Part shown: piece after piece, positions 49,968 through 59,692 of the stretch
How positions within the stretch are numbered: the stretch's first letter is position 1
How the letters are laid out: every line of letters starts with the position of its first letter
Program-made: the position numbers and the translations under genes
Origin: Candidatus Poribacteria bacterium
GTDB lineage: Bacteria; Poribacteria; WGA-4E; PCPOR2b
Reading direction: 5' to 3'
Assembly (NCBI GenBank): GCA_965208325.1
Contig: OZ242326.1
Span: 3,872,001 to 3,936,000, forward strand
Length of the DNA stretch: 64,000 bases
Notes under the pieces: generated by a model
Databases searched by the model: none
Told to the model about the DNA's origin: nothing
The model's input: only the letters and a program-made list of their open reading frames with translations

Positions 49968-50315
49968 ATGGAGATAAAAGCTCATCCAGAGCGATTGACA
50001 CGAAGATGGGAATTTCAGCGAGGGTATAAGAAGGGGAAGAAATATTGGAATCGGAATTTTGTTGTATATGTGTCTCGGAATTCTTTAAGTGTGGTACGTC
50101 TCGGCATTACCACCAGTAAAAAGTTAGGGAACAGTGTCAAACGGAATCGAGTCAAAAGGTTAATCAGAGAATCTTTCAGATTATCTAAACACCGAATTTG
50201 TCCAAATTACGACCTTATCGTTGTTGGACGAACGGCCGCGCTTGATATGAAATGCCAGCAAGCCAAATCTTCATTCTTACAGCTTTTGCGTCAAGCCAAG
50301 ATTCTCAAAACATGA
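49968..50315 (+). CDS. rnpA: Ribonuclease P protein component
   Basis: RLGITTSKKLGNSVKRNRVKRLIRE (RNR motif). Confidence 0.95.
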   Translation: MEIKAHPERLTRRWEFQRGYKKGKKYWNRNFVVYVSRNSLSVVRLGITTSKKLGNSVKRNRVKRLIRESFRLSKHRICPNYDLIVVGRTAALDMKCQQAKSSFLQLLRQAKILKT

Positions 50316-50327
50316 CTGTTTTTGTCT

Positions 50328-50537
50328 ATGAGAATAATTCTGATTTATCTGATACGCCTCTATCGTAAATTTATTTCCCCGCTCTTTCCGCCAACTTGCC
50401 GTTTCTACCCTACGTGCTCCCAATACTCTTTAGAAGCAATAATGAAGCATAATCTTTTGAAAGCGTGTTGGCTAACTTTCAAACGATTATCGAAGTGCCA
50501 ACCTTTTCACCCCGGTGGCTATGATCCGCTCAAATAA
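50328..50537 (+). CDS. yidD: Membrane protein insertion efficiency factor YidD
   Basis: [18 protein letters not shown]...[12 protein letters not shown]. Confidence 0.95.
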   Translation: MRIILIYLIRLYRKFISPLFPPTCRFYPTCSQYSLEAIMKHNLLKACWLTFKRLSKCQPFHPGGYDPLK

Positions 50538-50765
50538 AATTCCAAAAGAATTATGTGGCTGAATAGGGTCAAGCATAAAGTACCGGAAATCTGTAGTAGC
50601 GTTAACCGGAGCTCGTAATTCCTAATCTCCATATTCAATCTGTCGCTCTGCCGGCATAATGCGTTGCTGCCTAGAGTCTATAAAAGCGTGTGCATTGCTT
50701 ACGGCGTGTAAATGAAAACACAACTCTTTAGAATCATAATTGTTCATCTATGAGGAGATTTTTGA

Positions 50766-52559
50766 ATGGAGAGGCGTTACATCCTAGCGATTGCGCTCAT
50801 GATTATTGTAATGGTTAGCTGGACCATCTTCTTTAGTCCGCCGCCGCCTGAGCAAACCCCCGACCGGCAGCGGGAGGATTTGCCGGCCTCCCCGTCTGAA
50901 TCAACGATTGAAACACCAACACCAACACAAAGGGATGAGTCATCGCTTTATTTGAGTAGGGTTCAAGAAGGTCCAAGAACTCTTGTGCAAACCGACAACT
51001 ATGAAATTTCCTTTATTGACGAGCGCGCAATTGTCGGTGAATGGAGACTTAGAAAATATCCAGATCGATCTACCAACGACGAATCAATCAACTTGATTCC
51101 AAAAAGTGCCCAAAGTTGCCTCCGAGTTGATATTCCTGATTTGAAGAATGACACAATGTCGGCTGTCTGGAAGGCGGACAAACAACAAGTGATTCTCACC
51201 GATCAGTCTCGAGACAGGTTGACCTTCAAAACTCAGATTGGAGATAAACTCAAGGTATCCAAAGAATTTACTTTTTATAATGATCGCTATTTTGTGGACG
51301 TAGCGCTGACTTTCGAAAACATATCAAATCAACCGTTAGAGAATTACAAACTGTATTGGGGACCGGGGATTAATGCAGACCTTCTTCTCCATGAGCGCAA
51401 GCACAGCGGCAAAGGGAGGAGGGCTTCTAAAAATGAGGGGGCGGTAGCATATTTAGGACACGGCAAGCCAAGACAAGATTTTAGCGATTCAGAGAAAAAC
51501 GCCCCCGTCCTATGGGCGGGGATGAATAGCAAGTATTTTGCCGCGCTTATGATTCCAGATCCATCGCTCAATGCTTTGTATGAACGTGAAGAACTTATAG
51601 ATAATGGAGAAATTCCATCGGCTGAGATTGCTGCCTGGAAAGACGCGGCAAGCCTTGTCATTTCCGGTATTTCCGTCAATGAACGGCGCACCGATGTATT
51701 TCGAGTCTATGTTGGACCCAAGGAAGATAGTATCCTGAATAGGGTGACACATCCCAACGCACCCGATGATCCGCTTAGAATGAACAAGATTATTGACCTT
51801 GGCTTTTTGTGGCCAGTTGCTTGGGCGATGCTCTGGTTGCTTCGTGGACTCAATAGTATAATTGGAAATTATGGAATTTCAATCATTCTATTGACCTTAT
51901 TTACGAAACTGGCTGCCTACCCGCTAATCCGAAAAAGCTATAAGTCAATGAAGGAAATGCAGGAACTCCAGCCCTTACTTGCAGAATTAAAGGAGAAATA
52001 CAGAGACGATCCGCAAAAGTTAAATCGTGCCACAATGCGGCTATACAAAGAACACGGTGTCAATCCACTAGGCGGCTGTATTCCTTGGATACCGCAGTTG
52101 CCAATCCTATTTGCGTTATTCACGGTCTTTGGAAACGCGGTTGAGCTTCGTGCCGCCCCTTTCTGCTTATGGATGGACGATTTGTCTGGCCCTGATACCT
52201 TGTTCCCGTTACCCTTTACGATTCCCCTGCTTTTGATTGATGCAGTTCGGTTTTTGCCCATCATCTACGGTGCTACAACCTTGTTACAACAAAAAATGAA
52301 TGCAGGGGTGACGCCTATCGCAGACAATACTCAGGCAAAGATTATGCAGTTTATTCCCTTTATCTTTGTGTTTATTCTTTACAATTGGTCATCGGGGTTA
52401 ATTCTTTATTGGACATGTAGTAACGTTTTTGAAATTGGACGGCACCTTTTAACTCAATTCCGGAAATCAGAGGAGACCGAGCCTGTTAAAACCTTAACAT
52501 CAGGAAAACAACCTAAGCTAACAAAAAGGAGATCTCAACTCCAAAATCGAAGATCTTAA
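50766..52559 (+). CDS. yidC: Membrane protein insertase YidC (long periplasmic domain)
   Basis: YVGPK, NYGISIILLT, LYKEHGVNPLGGC, DDLS.PD, SGLILYW. Confidence 0.96.
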   Translation: MERRYILAIALMIIVMVSWTIFFSPPPPEQTPDRQREDLPASPSESTIETPTPTQRDESSLYLSRVQEGPRTLVQTDNYEISFIDERAIVGEWRLRKYPDRSTNDESINLIPKSAQSCLRVDIPDLKNDTMSAVWKADKQQVILTDQSRDRLTFKTQIGDKLKVSKEFTFYNDRYFVDVALTFENISNQPLENYKLYWGPGINADLLLHERKHSGKGRRASKNEGAVAYLGHGKPRQDFSDSEKNAPVLWAGMNSKYFAALMIPDPSLNALYEREELIDNGEIPSAEIAAWKDAASLVISGISVNERRTDVFRVYVGPKEDSILNRVTHPNAPDDPLRMNKIIDLGFLWPVAWAMLWLLRGLNSIIGNYGISIILLTLFTKLAAYPLIRKSYKSMKEMQELQPLLAELKEKYRDDPQKLNRATMRLYKEHGVNPLGGCIPWIPQLPILFALFTVFGNAVELRAAPFCLWMDDLSGPDTLFPLPFTIPLLLIDAVRFLPIIYGATTLLQQKMNAGVTPIADNTQAKIMQFIPFIFVFILYNWSSGLILYWTCSNVFEIGRHLLTQFRKSEETEPVKTLTSGKQPKLTKRRSQLQNRRS

Positions 52560-52615
52560 TTAAATCTACCATCAATTTTGGGTCTCATTTTGGGGTATCG
52601 GGAATACAAGGTACC

Positions 52616-53248
52616 GTGCAACAATATGTTGAAACGGAAGGCAAAACTACAGAAGAAGCTTTAGAACATGCACTTGAAAAACTCGACGTTAGCCGAGAAC
52701 AAGTCAGTGTAAAAGTTATCCATGAAGCCACAAAGGGAATCTTGGGATTAGGCACGAAATTAGCCAAAATCCGCGCTACCGTAAAGGGAGATATTTCCCC
52801 AACCCCGGAATCTGTGCTGCATGAACTGTTGACCCATATGGGAGTCGAAGCCGAGATTGAAACGCGTAGCATTGACGATAACGTTCATCTCATTGTTAGT
52901 GCTGATACTCCTGGCTTGTTAATTGGTAGACATGGACAGACACTTAATGCAATTGAATACTTGGTCAACTGTATTTTGAACAAGTCATCCTTAGTTAAGA
53001 AGAGAGTTTTCGTTGATACAGAGGGGTACCGTGAACGTCGTGAAACTCTACTTGTTGATTTGGCTAATCGAACAGCTGCCAAAGTGAAGGAATCAAACTT
53101 GGAGGTTGTCCTAAATCCGATGACACCTCAGGACCGTCGGATTGTACACCTCGCATTACAGTCGGACAATGGTGTTGCGACTTATAGCCGTGGAGAGGGC
53201 ATGCTGCGGTGCGTCGTGGTCACGCCACACGAAAACCACGACCCATGA
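52616..53248 (+). CDS. jag: RNA-binding protein Jag/KhpB (Jag_N, KH, R3H)
   Basis: EGKTTEEAL, LIGRHGQTLNAIEYL, DRRIVH, TYSRGEG. Confidence 0.93.
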   Translation: MQQYVETEGKTTEEALEHALEKLDVSREQVSVKVIHEATKGILGLGTKLAKIRATVKGDISPTPESVLHELLTHMGVEAEIETRSIDDNVHLIVSADTPGLLIGRHGQTLNAIEYLVNCILNKSSLVKKRVFVDTEGYRERRETLLVDLANRTAAKVKESNLEVVLNPMTPQDRRIVHLALQSDNGVATYSRGEGMLRCVVVTPHENHDP

Positions 53249-53257
53249 CATGGGGTT

Positions 53258-54643
53258 ATGAGTCTATCTGATACGATTGCTGCAATTGCAACGCCTCGGG
53301 GCGAAGGTGGCATCGGGATTGTAAGGGTTAGTGGTGCCCTTGCTGTACCTATCGCTTGTAAGATTTTCCGGTCACCACGACATATCTCGCCAGCTCAATT
53401 TTCGACCCATACCCTCAACTATGGGCGGGTTGTCAATCCCGTTTCAAATGCTGTAATTGATGAAGTCATGCTGGGAATTATGTTGGCGCCCAAATCTTAT
53501 ACGGCGGAGGACGTCGTTGAGTTTAACTGTCACGGAGGCGTCATCCCATTACAGCAAGTCCTCGAATTGACGCTGCGTGCGGGAGCGCGTCTTGCAGAAC
53601 CCGGAGAATTCACCAAACGCGCCTTTCTCAATGATAGATTGGATCTTGCCCAAGCAGAGGCAGTTGTTGATTTGATTCAATCTCAAACAGAACTCAATTT
53701 CCGCGTTGCTATGGATCTGCTTAGCGGAAAGCTATCCCAAGAAGTAAACGCGCTCAGTGACCGGCTTGCAGACCTGCTCGCAGAAGTTGAAGCGTCAATT
53801 GACTTTCCGGATGAAGACCTTGATTTCATTGATTTAGCGGCGGCGCGAAAATCCGCTGAAGCCATCCTCAACGGGTTAAACCGCTTGATGGCGACCGCGC
53901 CGGACGGTAAAATTTTGCGAGAAGGCGCCCGTGTCGCTATTCTCGGCAAGCCAAATGTTGGGAAATCAAGCTTACTTAATGCTTTGTTGCAACAAGAACG
54001 GGCGATTGTCACGGAAATCCCCGGCACGACTCGGGATACAATCGAAGAACCGCTGAACCTACGTGGCATTCCGCTTAAGTTAATTGATACCGCAGGTATA
54101 CATCAGACTGAAGATGTTGTTGAACGCCAAGGCATAGTGCGCAGCAAATCCTATTTAGACGGTGCAGATTTACTTCTAGTGATGTTTGATGCTTCCCAAC
54201 CGCTAACCGAAGCAGACAGGCAATTGTTAGACGCTGTCAACCGTAGTAATGCAATTTTCATATTAAACAAAGTAGATTTGCCCGTAGTAACGACGATTGC
54301 AACTCTTCAGACTTATGCTCCCCAGAATTCGGTAGTTAAAACGTCCGTTTTGTATGGAGACGGTATTGAAGATTTGAAAACGGCGGTACTAAAGGAAATT
54401 CTCAAGGGACGAGAAACAATTAGCGAAGGGGTGATTGTCACAAATATTCGTCACTACGAGGCATTGCGCCGAGCAAAAATTGCACTTGAACAGGCGCGTG
54501 ATAGCTTATTTCATGCACAGTCACATGACCTAATCGCGGTAGACTTGCGGACTAGTTTAGATTGTCTTGGTGAGATTGTTGGCAAAATAACAGCCGAAGA
54601 CATTCTAGACCGCATTTTCTCGCAATTCTGCATCGGAAAATAG
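53258..54643 (+). CDS. mnmE: tRNA modification GTPase MnmE
   Basis: DTIAAIATP, GEFTKRAFLN, GKPNVGKSSL, GTTRD, DTAG, NKVD, FCIGK. Confidence 0.98.
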   Translation: MSLSDTIAAIATPRGEGGIGIVRVSGALAVPIACKIFRSPRHISPAQFSTHTLNYGRVVNPVSNAVIDEVMLGIMLAPKSYTAEDVVEFNCHGGVIPLQQVLELTLRAGARLAEPGEFTKRAFLNDRLDLAQAEAVVDLIQSQTELNFRVAMDLLSGKLSQEVNALSDRLADLLAEVEASIDFPDEDLDFIDLAAARKSAEAILNGLNRLMATAPDGKILREGARVAILGKPNVGKSSLLNALLQQERAIVTEIPGTTRDTIEEPLNLRGIPLKLIDTAGIHQTEDVVERQGIVRSKSYLDGADLLLVMFDASQPLTEADRQLLDAVNRSNAIFILNKVDLPVVTTIATLQTYAPQNSVVKTSVLYGDGIEDLKTAVLKEILKGRETISEGVIVTNIRHYEALRRAKIALEQARDSLFHAQSHDLIAVDLRTSLDCLGEIVGKITAEDILDRIFSQFCIGK

Positions 54644-54659
54644 CACGGAGGGTGTATAA

Positions 54660-54911
54660 ATGTTGGGACCGCAGCAGTTGTGGTGTCCTCGCTGCAAGCG
54701 GTACGTGGACACGAAACAAAAGCAAAATAAAGCGGGAAGACATGCCAAATTAGTAAAAATTGTCACGACTTGTGGAAGATGTCGGACAACTTTGTGCAGT
54801 AAGACTACAAGCATTCAGGTGGTTGAACAGATTCAAGCCAAAGCGGTTACAGAGCAAATGCCAAGTGATTCAGAACGGGAGGAAACTGAGAAAAACGGGA
54901 ATGAGTCTTGA
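54660..54911 (+). CDS. Small zinc-ribbon-like protein
   Basis: CPRC...CGRC pair; GGAGG RBS; starts 16 nt after mnmE. Confidence 0.6.
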   Translation: MLGPQQLWCPRCKRYVDTKQKQNKAGRHAKLVKIVTTCGRCRTTLCSKTTSIQVVEQIQAKAVTEQMPSDSEREETEKNGNES

Positions 54912-55222
54912 CCAATTGACCACAGGCAATTGGAATTCCAAACGTGATTATGAGGTATCAGTGGAGGTTTAAGGGTTTATTCAATCCGTACCCAGATCCC
55001 AGATTTGCCTCCAGCAATTAGCCAATTTTGCACCTAAGTAGAATGCAGCCTAAACCCAATAGTTTTCAAATCTCGTCGTGTCGAATTTGCGATAAATTCA
55101 ATATGGAACTAGTTTCTCGTACCGACGCCAAACTTGGAAATTTGCTCACATCGTTTGGACTAGGTAAATAATGATACGTTTAATTCTATAAGTACCAATT
55201 CCAATATCAAAGGAGAATACAG

Positions 55223-56122
55223 ATGTTCAATCGTACTTGGAAGCGGAATCAGCTATCGGTGTTGGTTATCCTGATGTTTACCGCCGCTGCCTATCCGCTG
55301 GCCTTTGCATCAACCGAGATTAAGTGGGAGAAGTCAATTGAGAAGGGAATGATGGAAGCCCAAGAAACAGGTAAACCCATTATGATGGACTTTTACACAG
55401 AATGGTGAGGTTCCTGTAAGCGGCTGGATGCCACTACGTTTAGTGATTCAAAAGTTGTTGAACTATCAAAAAAATTCGTTACCTTGAAGTTAAATCCGGA
55501 GTCAAGCGATGAGCACGCTGAAGCTTACAGGACATACGGAGATGGATCAGGCGCAGTCCCAACAATTGCATTCGTTGACACTGAAGGGAATCCAATCAGT
55601 GTTATTGTTGGTTACAGAGATGCAAAGGAATTTGCCGTGCTTATGGAGGGGACTCTCAAGGAGGAAGAACGGTTTCAGCAACTAAAAATTGAAATCAAAG
55701 AAAATCCAGATGCCCCGATGATTAATGCTGAAATTGCAATCATCTATGTCAAGCGGGGGGACATTGAGAATGGCAAACCTATCGCCGATAAAGTTCTTAA
55801 ACTAGATCCAATGAACAAAACCGGTTTGTTGCCGGATATCCACCTCAACCTAGGATTACATTACGCAACGCATGCTGATGAAGACAACGCGGAAGATTTT
55901 TATCGAAAGGCGGAGACGCACTTTCAAACGGTCATCGAAAAGTACGCACAAAGCACAGTTTATGAGCAGGCTAAGTATCACCTGAGCTTAACCTATGCAC
56001 TTCAAAAAAAGTATCAACAGGCAATCGAACTTCTTGAGACATTGAGCGATTCTAAGAACGAAGAAATTAAGGCAAACGCTGGTGTTTTGCTAGATCGCAT
56101 CAAAACGTTCATTGACGAGTAG
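55223..56122 (+). CDS. Probable selenoprotein: exported thioredoxin-fold (UxxC) plus TPR-like protein, TGA=Sec at 55406-55408
   Basis: Signal peptide, then KPIMMDFYTEW-TGA-GSCKRLD, continuing in frame with no further stop into ORF 55484-56122 (cis-Pro AVPT, TPR helices). Confidence 0.88.
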
Positions 56123-56142
56123 CCTGCACTAACGTCACAATC

Positions 56143-56898
56143 CTAAGTCCCCTGATGATCCCGTGTAGGTTGTGATGCGGGATTAATGTCGTTCTGCAGC
56201 GACTGAACTTCAGCTGGCGTTAGCATTCGGTACTCTCCAAGTGCGAGTCGCCCGAGTTTGAGGCTTCCTATCTGCACCCGTTTCAGTTCAATCACGTTAT
56301 GCCCCACAGCTTTAAACATTCGGCGAATTTGCCGTTTTTTTCCTTCATGAATAACAAGTTTGAATTGTGCTAATTCTCCTTTGCGCCCAATTTGAACTAC
56401 AATCGCAGGTGCAGTGCAACCCCCTACAATTTCAATCCCATCTCGTAATTGCTGAATTGCTTGTTGGCTTGGTTGGCGCTCAACTTGTGCGATATACGTT
56501 TTCTTCACCTCATGGCTAGGATGAGTCAACCTATATGCGAACGCGCCGTCATTGGTCATGAGTAGGAGGCCTGATGTATCTAAGTCCAACCGTCCCACCG
56601 GATATATGTCTTGCGAACTGCCGCGCACAAGTTCCATGACAATTGGACGGCCCCGTTCATCGCTGCGGGTTGTTAGGTACCCCGTGGGTTTATTAAGCAT
56701 CAAGTAAACCCTTTGTGGGTTTCCCTCTACCCGGCTGCCATCAAACTTAATCGTGTCCCGATCCGCAACTATATGTCTACCCGGAACTCGGACACACTCA
56801 TCGTTGACCGTTACCCGCCCCGCTTGAATGTACTTTTTCGAGCTGCGTCGAGAAGCTATGCCGCATTCAGCAAGGAATTTTTCAAGACGCATGGACAT
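56143..56898 (-). CDS. rluB: rRNA pseudouridine synthase (RluB/RsuA family)
   Basis: MRLEKFLA..G.ASRR S4 domain, NKPTG, VGRLDLDTSGLLLMTNDG, EGKKRQIRRM. Confidence 0.88.
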   Translation of the reverse strand: MSMRLEKFLAECGIASRRSSKKYIQAGRVTVNDECVRVPGRHIVADRDTIKFDGSRVEGNPQRVYLMLNKPTGYLTTRSDERGRPIVMELVRGSSQDIYPVGRLDLDTSGLLLMTNDGAFAYRLTHPSHEVKKTYIAQVERQPSQQAIQQLRDGIEIVGGCTAPAIVVQIGRKGELAQFKLVIHEGKKRQIRRMFKAVGHNVIELKRVQIGSLKLGRLALGEYRMLTPAEVQSLQNDINPASQPTRDHQGT

Positions 56899-56940
56899 GC
56901 ACAAATGCCATTGAATGGATTGAGGGATTGGAGATGTTGC

Positions 56941-57600
56941 CTAACGAGTAAAGCCTAATTTATCGTGAAACTGTTCAATTCGCCAGCCATTAGCAGCAGC
57001 AATTCGGCGCAATTTCCCATCGGGATTGACGGCGACTGGATGACCGACCAGGTGAAGTTTGTGTGCGTCGGAGTAGTGGTTCCCGTACGCATAGGATTGG
57101 CTCAAGTCGAATCCGTGCTCCGTCGCAATCTGTTGAACCAAAATCGCCTTGTTTTCGCCATAACAATTCCTCCCGATTCGACGGCCAGTGACAGTCCCGT
57201 TTACAACCTCCAACACATTCCCAATCATCATATCCGTCTTTAAGTGATTATGAAACAATCTGATTAAAATCTCTAGCGATCCGGATAAGATAATTACCGT
57301 TCGTCCCTCCGCCCTATGAAATTCAATGTGCTCAAAAACTCGGGGAGAGATGCTATTGATGAGACGTTCAGCAACGCAAAGCTGCGCCATTGCACAAATG
57401 TGTTCGTATTCCAGTCCTCGCAAATAGACTTTGTTGGCTTTCGATTCGCGTAAATTTCTCGACTTGATGAAATAGGCAGTCCAACGCAACAAATTACCCA
57501 GCGGAATTTCTCCATTAGACAACAGGTAATTAAGGAAAACCCTCTCAGAAGAGCGATTGATGATAGTCCCGTCTAAATCGAAAATGGCACAAGTACGCAT
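56941..57600 (-). CDS. HAD-IB family hydrolase (SerB-like)
   Basis: AIFDLDGT, ILSGS, GENK, YAYGN..SD, VAVNPD..L. Confidence 0.88.
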   Translation of the reverse strand: MRTCAIFDLDGTIINRSSERVFLNYLLSNGEIPLGNLLRWTAYFIKSRNLRESKANKVYLRGLEYEHICAMAQLCVAERLINSISPRVFEHIEFHRAEGRTVIILSGSLEILIRLFHNHLKTDMMIGNVLEVVNGTVTGRRIGRNCYGENKAILVQQIATEHGFDLSQSYAYGNHYSDAHKLHLVGHPVAVNPDGKLRRIAAANGWRIEQFHDKLGFTR

Positions 57601-57688
57601 GGAAATAACTCGCAAAATAGACGCTGGGCGTTATATGATTGTGTATATGTAAATTTCAAATGATGATGATGTGTCAGCGTTGCACCCA

Positions 57689-58429
57689 TCAGTCTAAAGT
57701 GCATGAGGCTTCTAACTGCCCCAATGCTGCTCGGTAGTCTTTAACTGCTTGTTGGATGCCGACGTAAAGGGCATGAGAGACTAGATGGTGACCGATAGAA
57801 ACCTCTAACAAGCCCGGTAATTTCCGCATCCGTGGCAGATTGTCTAAATTGAGATCGTGGCCGGCATTAATACCTAGCCCCAAACTAGCTGCCTTTTCCG
57901 CAGATTTAGCCAACAGGTTAAACTCAGCTTCAATCTCCTGCTCAGACGCTGCCGATGCGTAAGGTGCAGTGTACAACTCGATTCGGTCAGCGCCGACTTC
58001 CTTCGCTAAATCAATCTGCTTCAGATTTGTACCGCTGAATAAACTTACGCGAATCCCTACACCTTTCAGGCGTCGGATTACCGGTCTGAGTTGCTCTCCA
58101 TCTTTCGCCAAATCCCAGACATTATGGCTTGTAATTTCTCCCGGTACGACAGGTACGAGTGTGAACTGATCGGGACGAAGTTCCATGGCCATATCAAGCA
58201 AATCTGGTCTTGGGTCGCCTTCAATATTGTATTCAACCGTGACCGTCTCAGCAATCTCGCAAACATCATGCGGTGTTATATGCCGCTTGTCGGCTCTTGG
58301 GTGAACCGTGATTCCTTGCGCACCAGCCCTAATGCAGGTTTGGACGGCTTCAATCAAATTTGGGATATCCCCGCCTCTAGCATTTCTTAATGTCGCAAAT
58401 TTATTTACATTTACACTCAAGTTAATCAT
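57689..58429 (-). CDS. pdxJ: Pyridoxine 5'-phosphate synthase
   Basis: LSVNVNKFATLRNAR, GITVHPR.D.RHI, RIELYT, NAGHDL, EVSIGH. Confidence 0.95.
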   Translation of the reverse strand: MINLSVNVNKFATLRNARGGDIPNLIEAVQTCIRAGAQGITVHPRADKRHITPHDVCEIAETVTVEYNIEGDPRPDLLDMAMELRPDQFTLVPVVPGEITSHNVWDLAKDGEQLRPVIRRLKGVGIRVSLFSGTNLKQIDLAKEVGADRIELYTAPYASAASEQEIEAEFNLLAKSAEKAASLGLGINAGHDLNLDNLPRMRKLPGLLEVSIGHHLVSHALYVGIQQAVKDYRAALGQLEASCTLD

Positions 58430-58509
58430 CCGCTATTGCCTCCATCATCTCTAAACCAGCCTCCGTGAATGTGGTCGTAATTTCCATCCTCCCCAGAAAA
58501 TTTGCCGCA

Positions 58510-59655
58510 TCACCGCAGGTACATCAGTTTGTCAATTGCCTTCAAGCCGGTGCCTGTGAGAATTGATACAGTTAGGTCTCTTTCGCTGATAATTCCGCTT
58601 TCCACAAATTTTTTGAAGGCCGCGACGACGACAGCTGAAGTAGGTTCAACAAGGATGCCTTCTGCGGCAAGGACTTTAATCCCGTCAATTATTTCTTCAT
58701 CGTCGACAATCGTAAATGCGCCATTTGTCTCACTGATTGCCTTCAAAATCCTTTGTATTCGAATTGGTAACTCTGATGTAATGCCTTCGGCGAGTGTCTC
58801 TTGTGTCTGCGGAAACCTTTCAATTTGATCTTTATTTTCAACGTAAGCCTTGTAAATCGGATGGCAGGCAGCAGATTGTACGCCGAGCAAACTTGGTAAT
58901 CTGGAAATGATTTTCTGATCGTATAGCTCACGGAAACCAATGTACAAGCCCAAGTAAATGCTTCCAAATCCCACCGGACAAATGACCTGGTTGGGCGCTT
59001 TCCAACCAAGTTGTTCGACAATCTCAAAGGCAACTGTCTTTGTCCCTTCTAGGAAGAAGGGATTCCAGTTATGCGAAGCATAGAAAGTTGTCCTTGCCGC
59101 TTGAAGCGCAGCTTTCGTTGTTGCCAGTCGGTTTCCCTCAATCAGTTTCAACTTTGCACCGTACAGTGCAATTTGTGATAGCTTTCCTATTGATGTCGAC
59201 GCGGGACAGTGGATGGTACAGTCGATTCCGGCGCGCGCGCTATAGGCGGCTATCGCCGCACCGGCGTTACCCGAAGAATCCTCCACGATTTTTCCGACAC
59301 CGAGTTCTCTGATTTTAGACAATAGGACCGATGCTCCCCTATCTTTGTACGAACCCGTCGGAAATACGAAGTCCAATTTTAGGTAATGATTATAGGGCGA
59401 TTGATTTAACGCTACAAGCGGCGTCATTCCTTCACCGAACGAGACGACCGACGTATCACAATCAATTGGAATTGCCTCACGATAACGCCAGAGCGTGTTA
59501 TCACGCTGGGAAATTTTGTTGATCGGGAATGAAACTCCACTATTTCTTAATTCAAGTGGTTGCCCGCAATCGCATCTGTACAGAATAGCGTCAATTGGAT
59601 ATGTTTTGCCGCATCGGTTGCAGAGGTATTCCATCGCAGGTTCAAATTTAGACAA
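58510..59655 (-). CDS. thrC: Threonine synthase-like PLP-dependent enzyme
   Basis: N-terminal CNRC/CDC, GEGMTPL, PTGSYKDRG (PLP lysine), DSSGNAG, EGTKT, EPTSA, LTGTGLK. Confidence 0.75.
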   Translation of the reverse strand: MSKFEPAMEYLCNRCGKTYPIDAILYRCDCGQPLELRNSGVSFPINKISQRDNTLWRYREAIPIDCDTSVVSFGEGMTPLVALNQSPYNHYLKLDFVFPTGSYKDRGASVLLSKIRELGVGKIVEDSSGNAGAAIAAYSARAGIDCTIHCPASTSIGKLSQIALYGAKLKLIEGNRLATTKAALQAARTTFYASHNWNPFFLEGTKTVAFEIVEQLGWKAPNQVICPVGFGSIYLGLYIGFRELYDQKIISRLPSLLGVQSAACHPIYKAYVENKDQIERFPQTQETLAEGITSELPIRIQRILKAISETNGAFTIVDDEEIIDGIKVLAAEGILVEPTSAVVVAAFKKFVESGIISERDLTVSILTGTGLKAIDKLMYLR

Positions 59656-59692
59656 TTGCCTGTCGGCGTTGTGCGCTCGTAGCTACGGTGCA

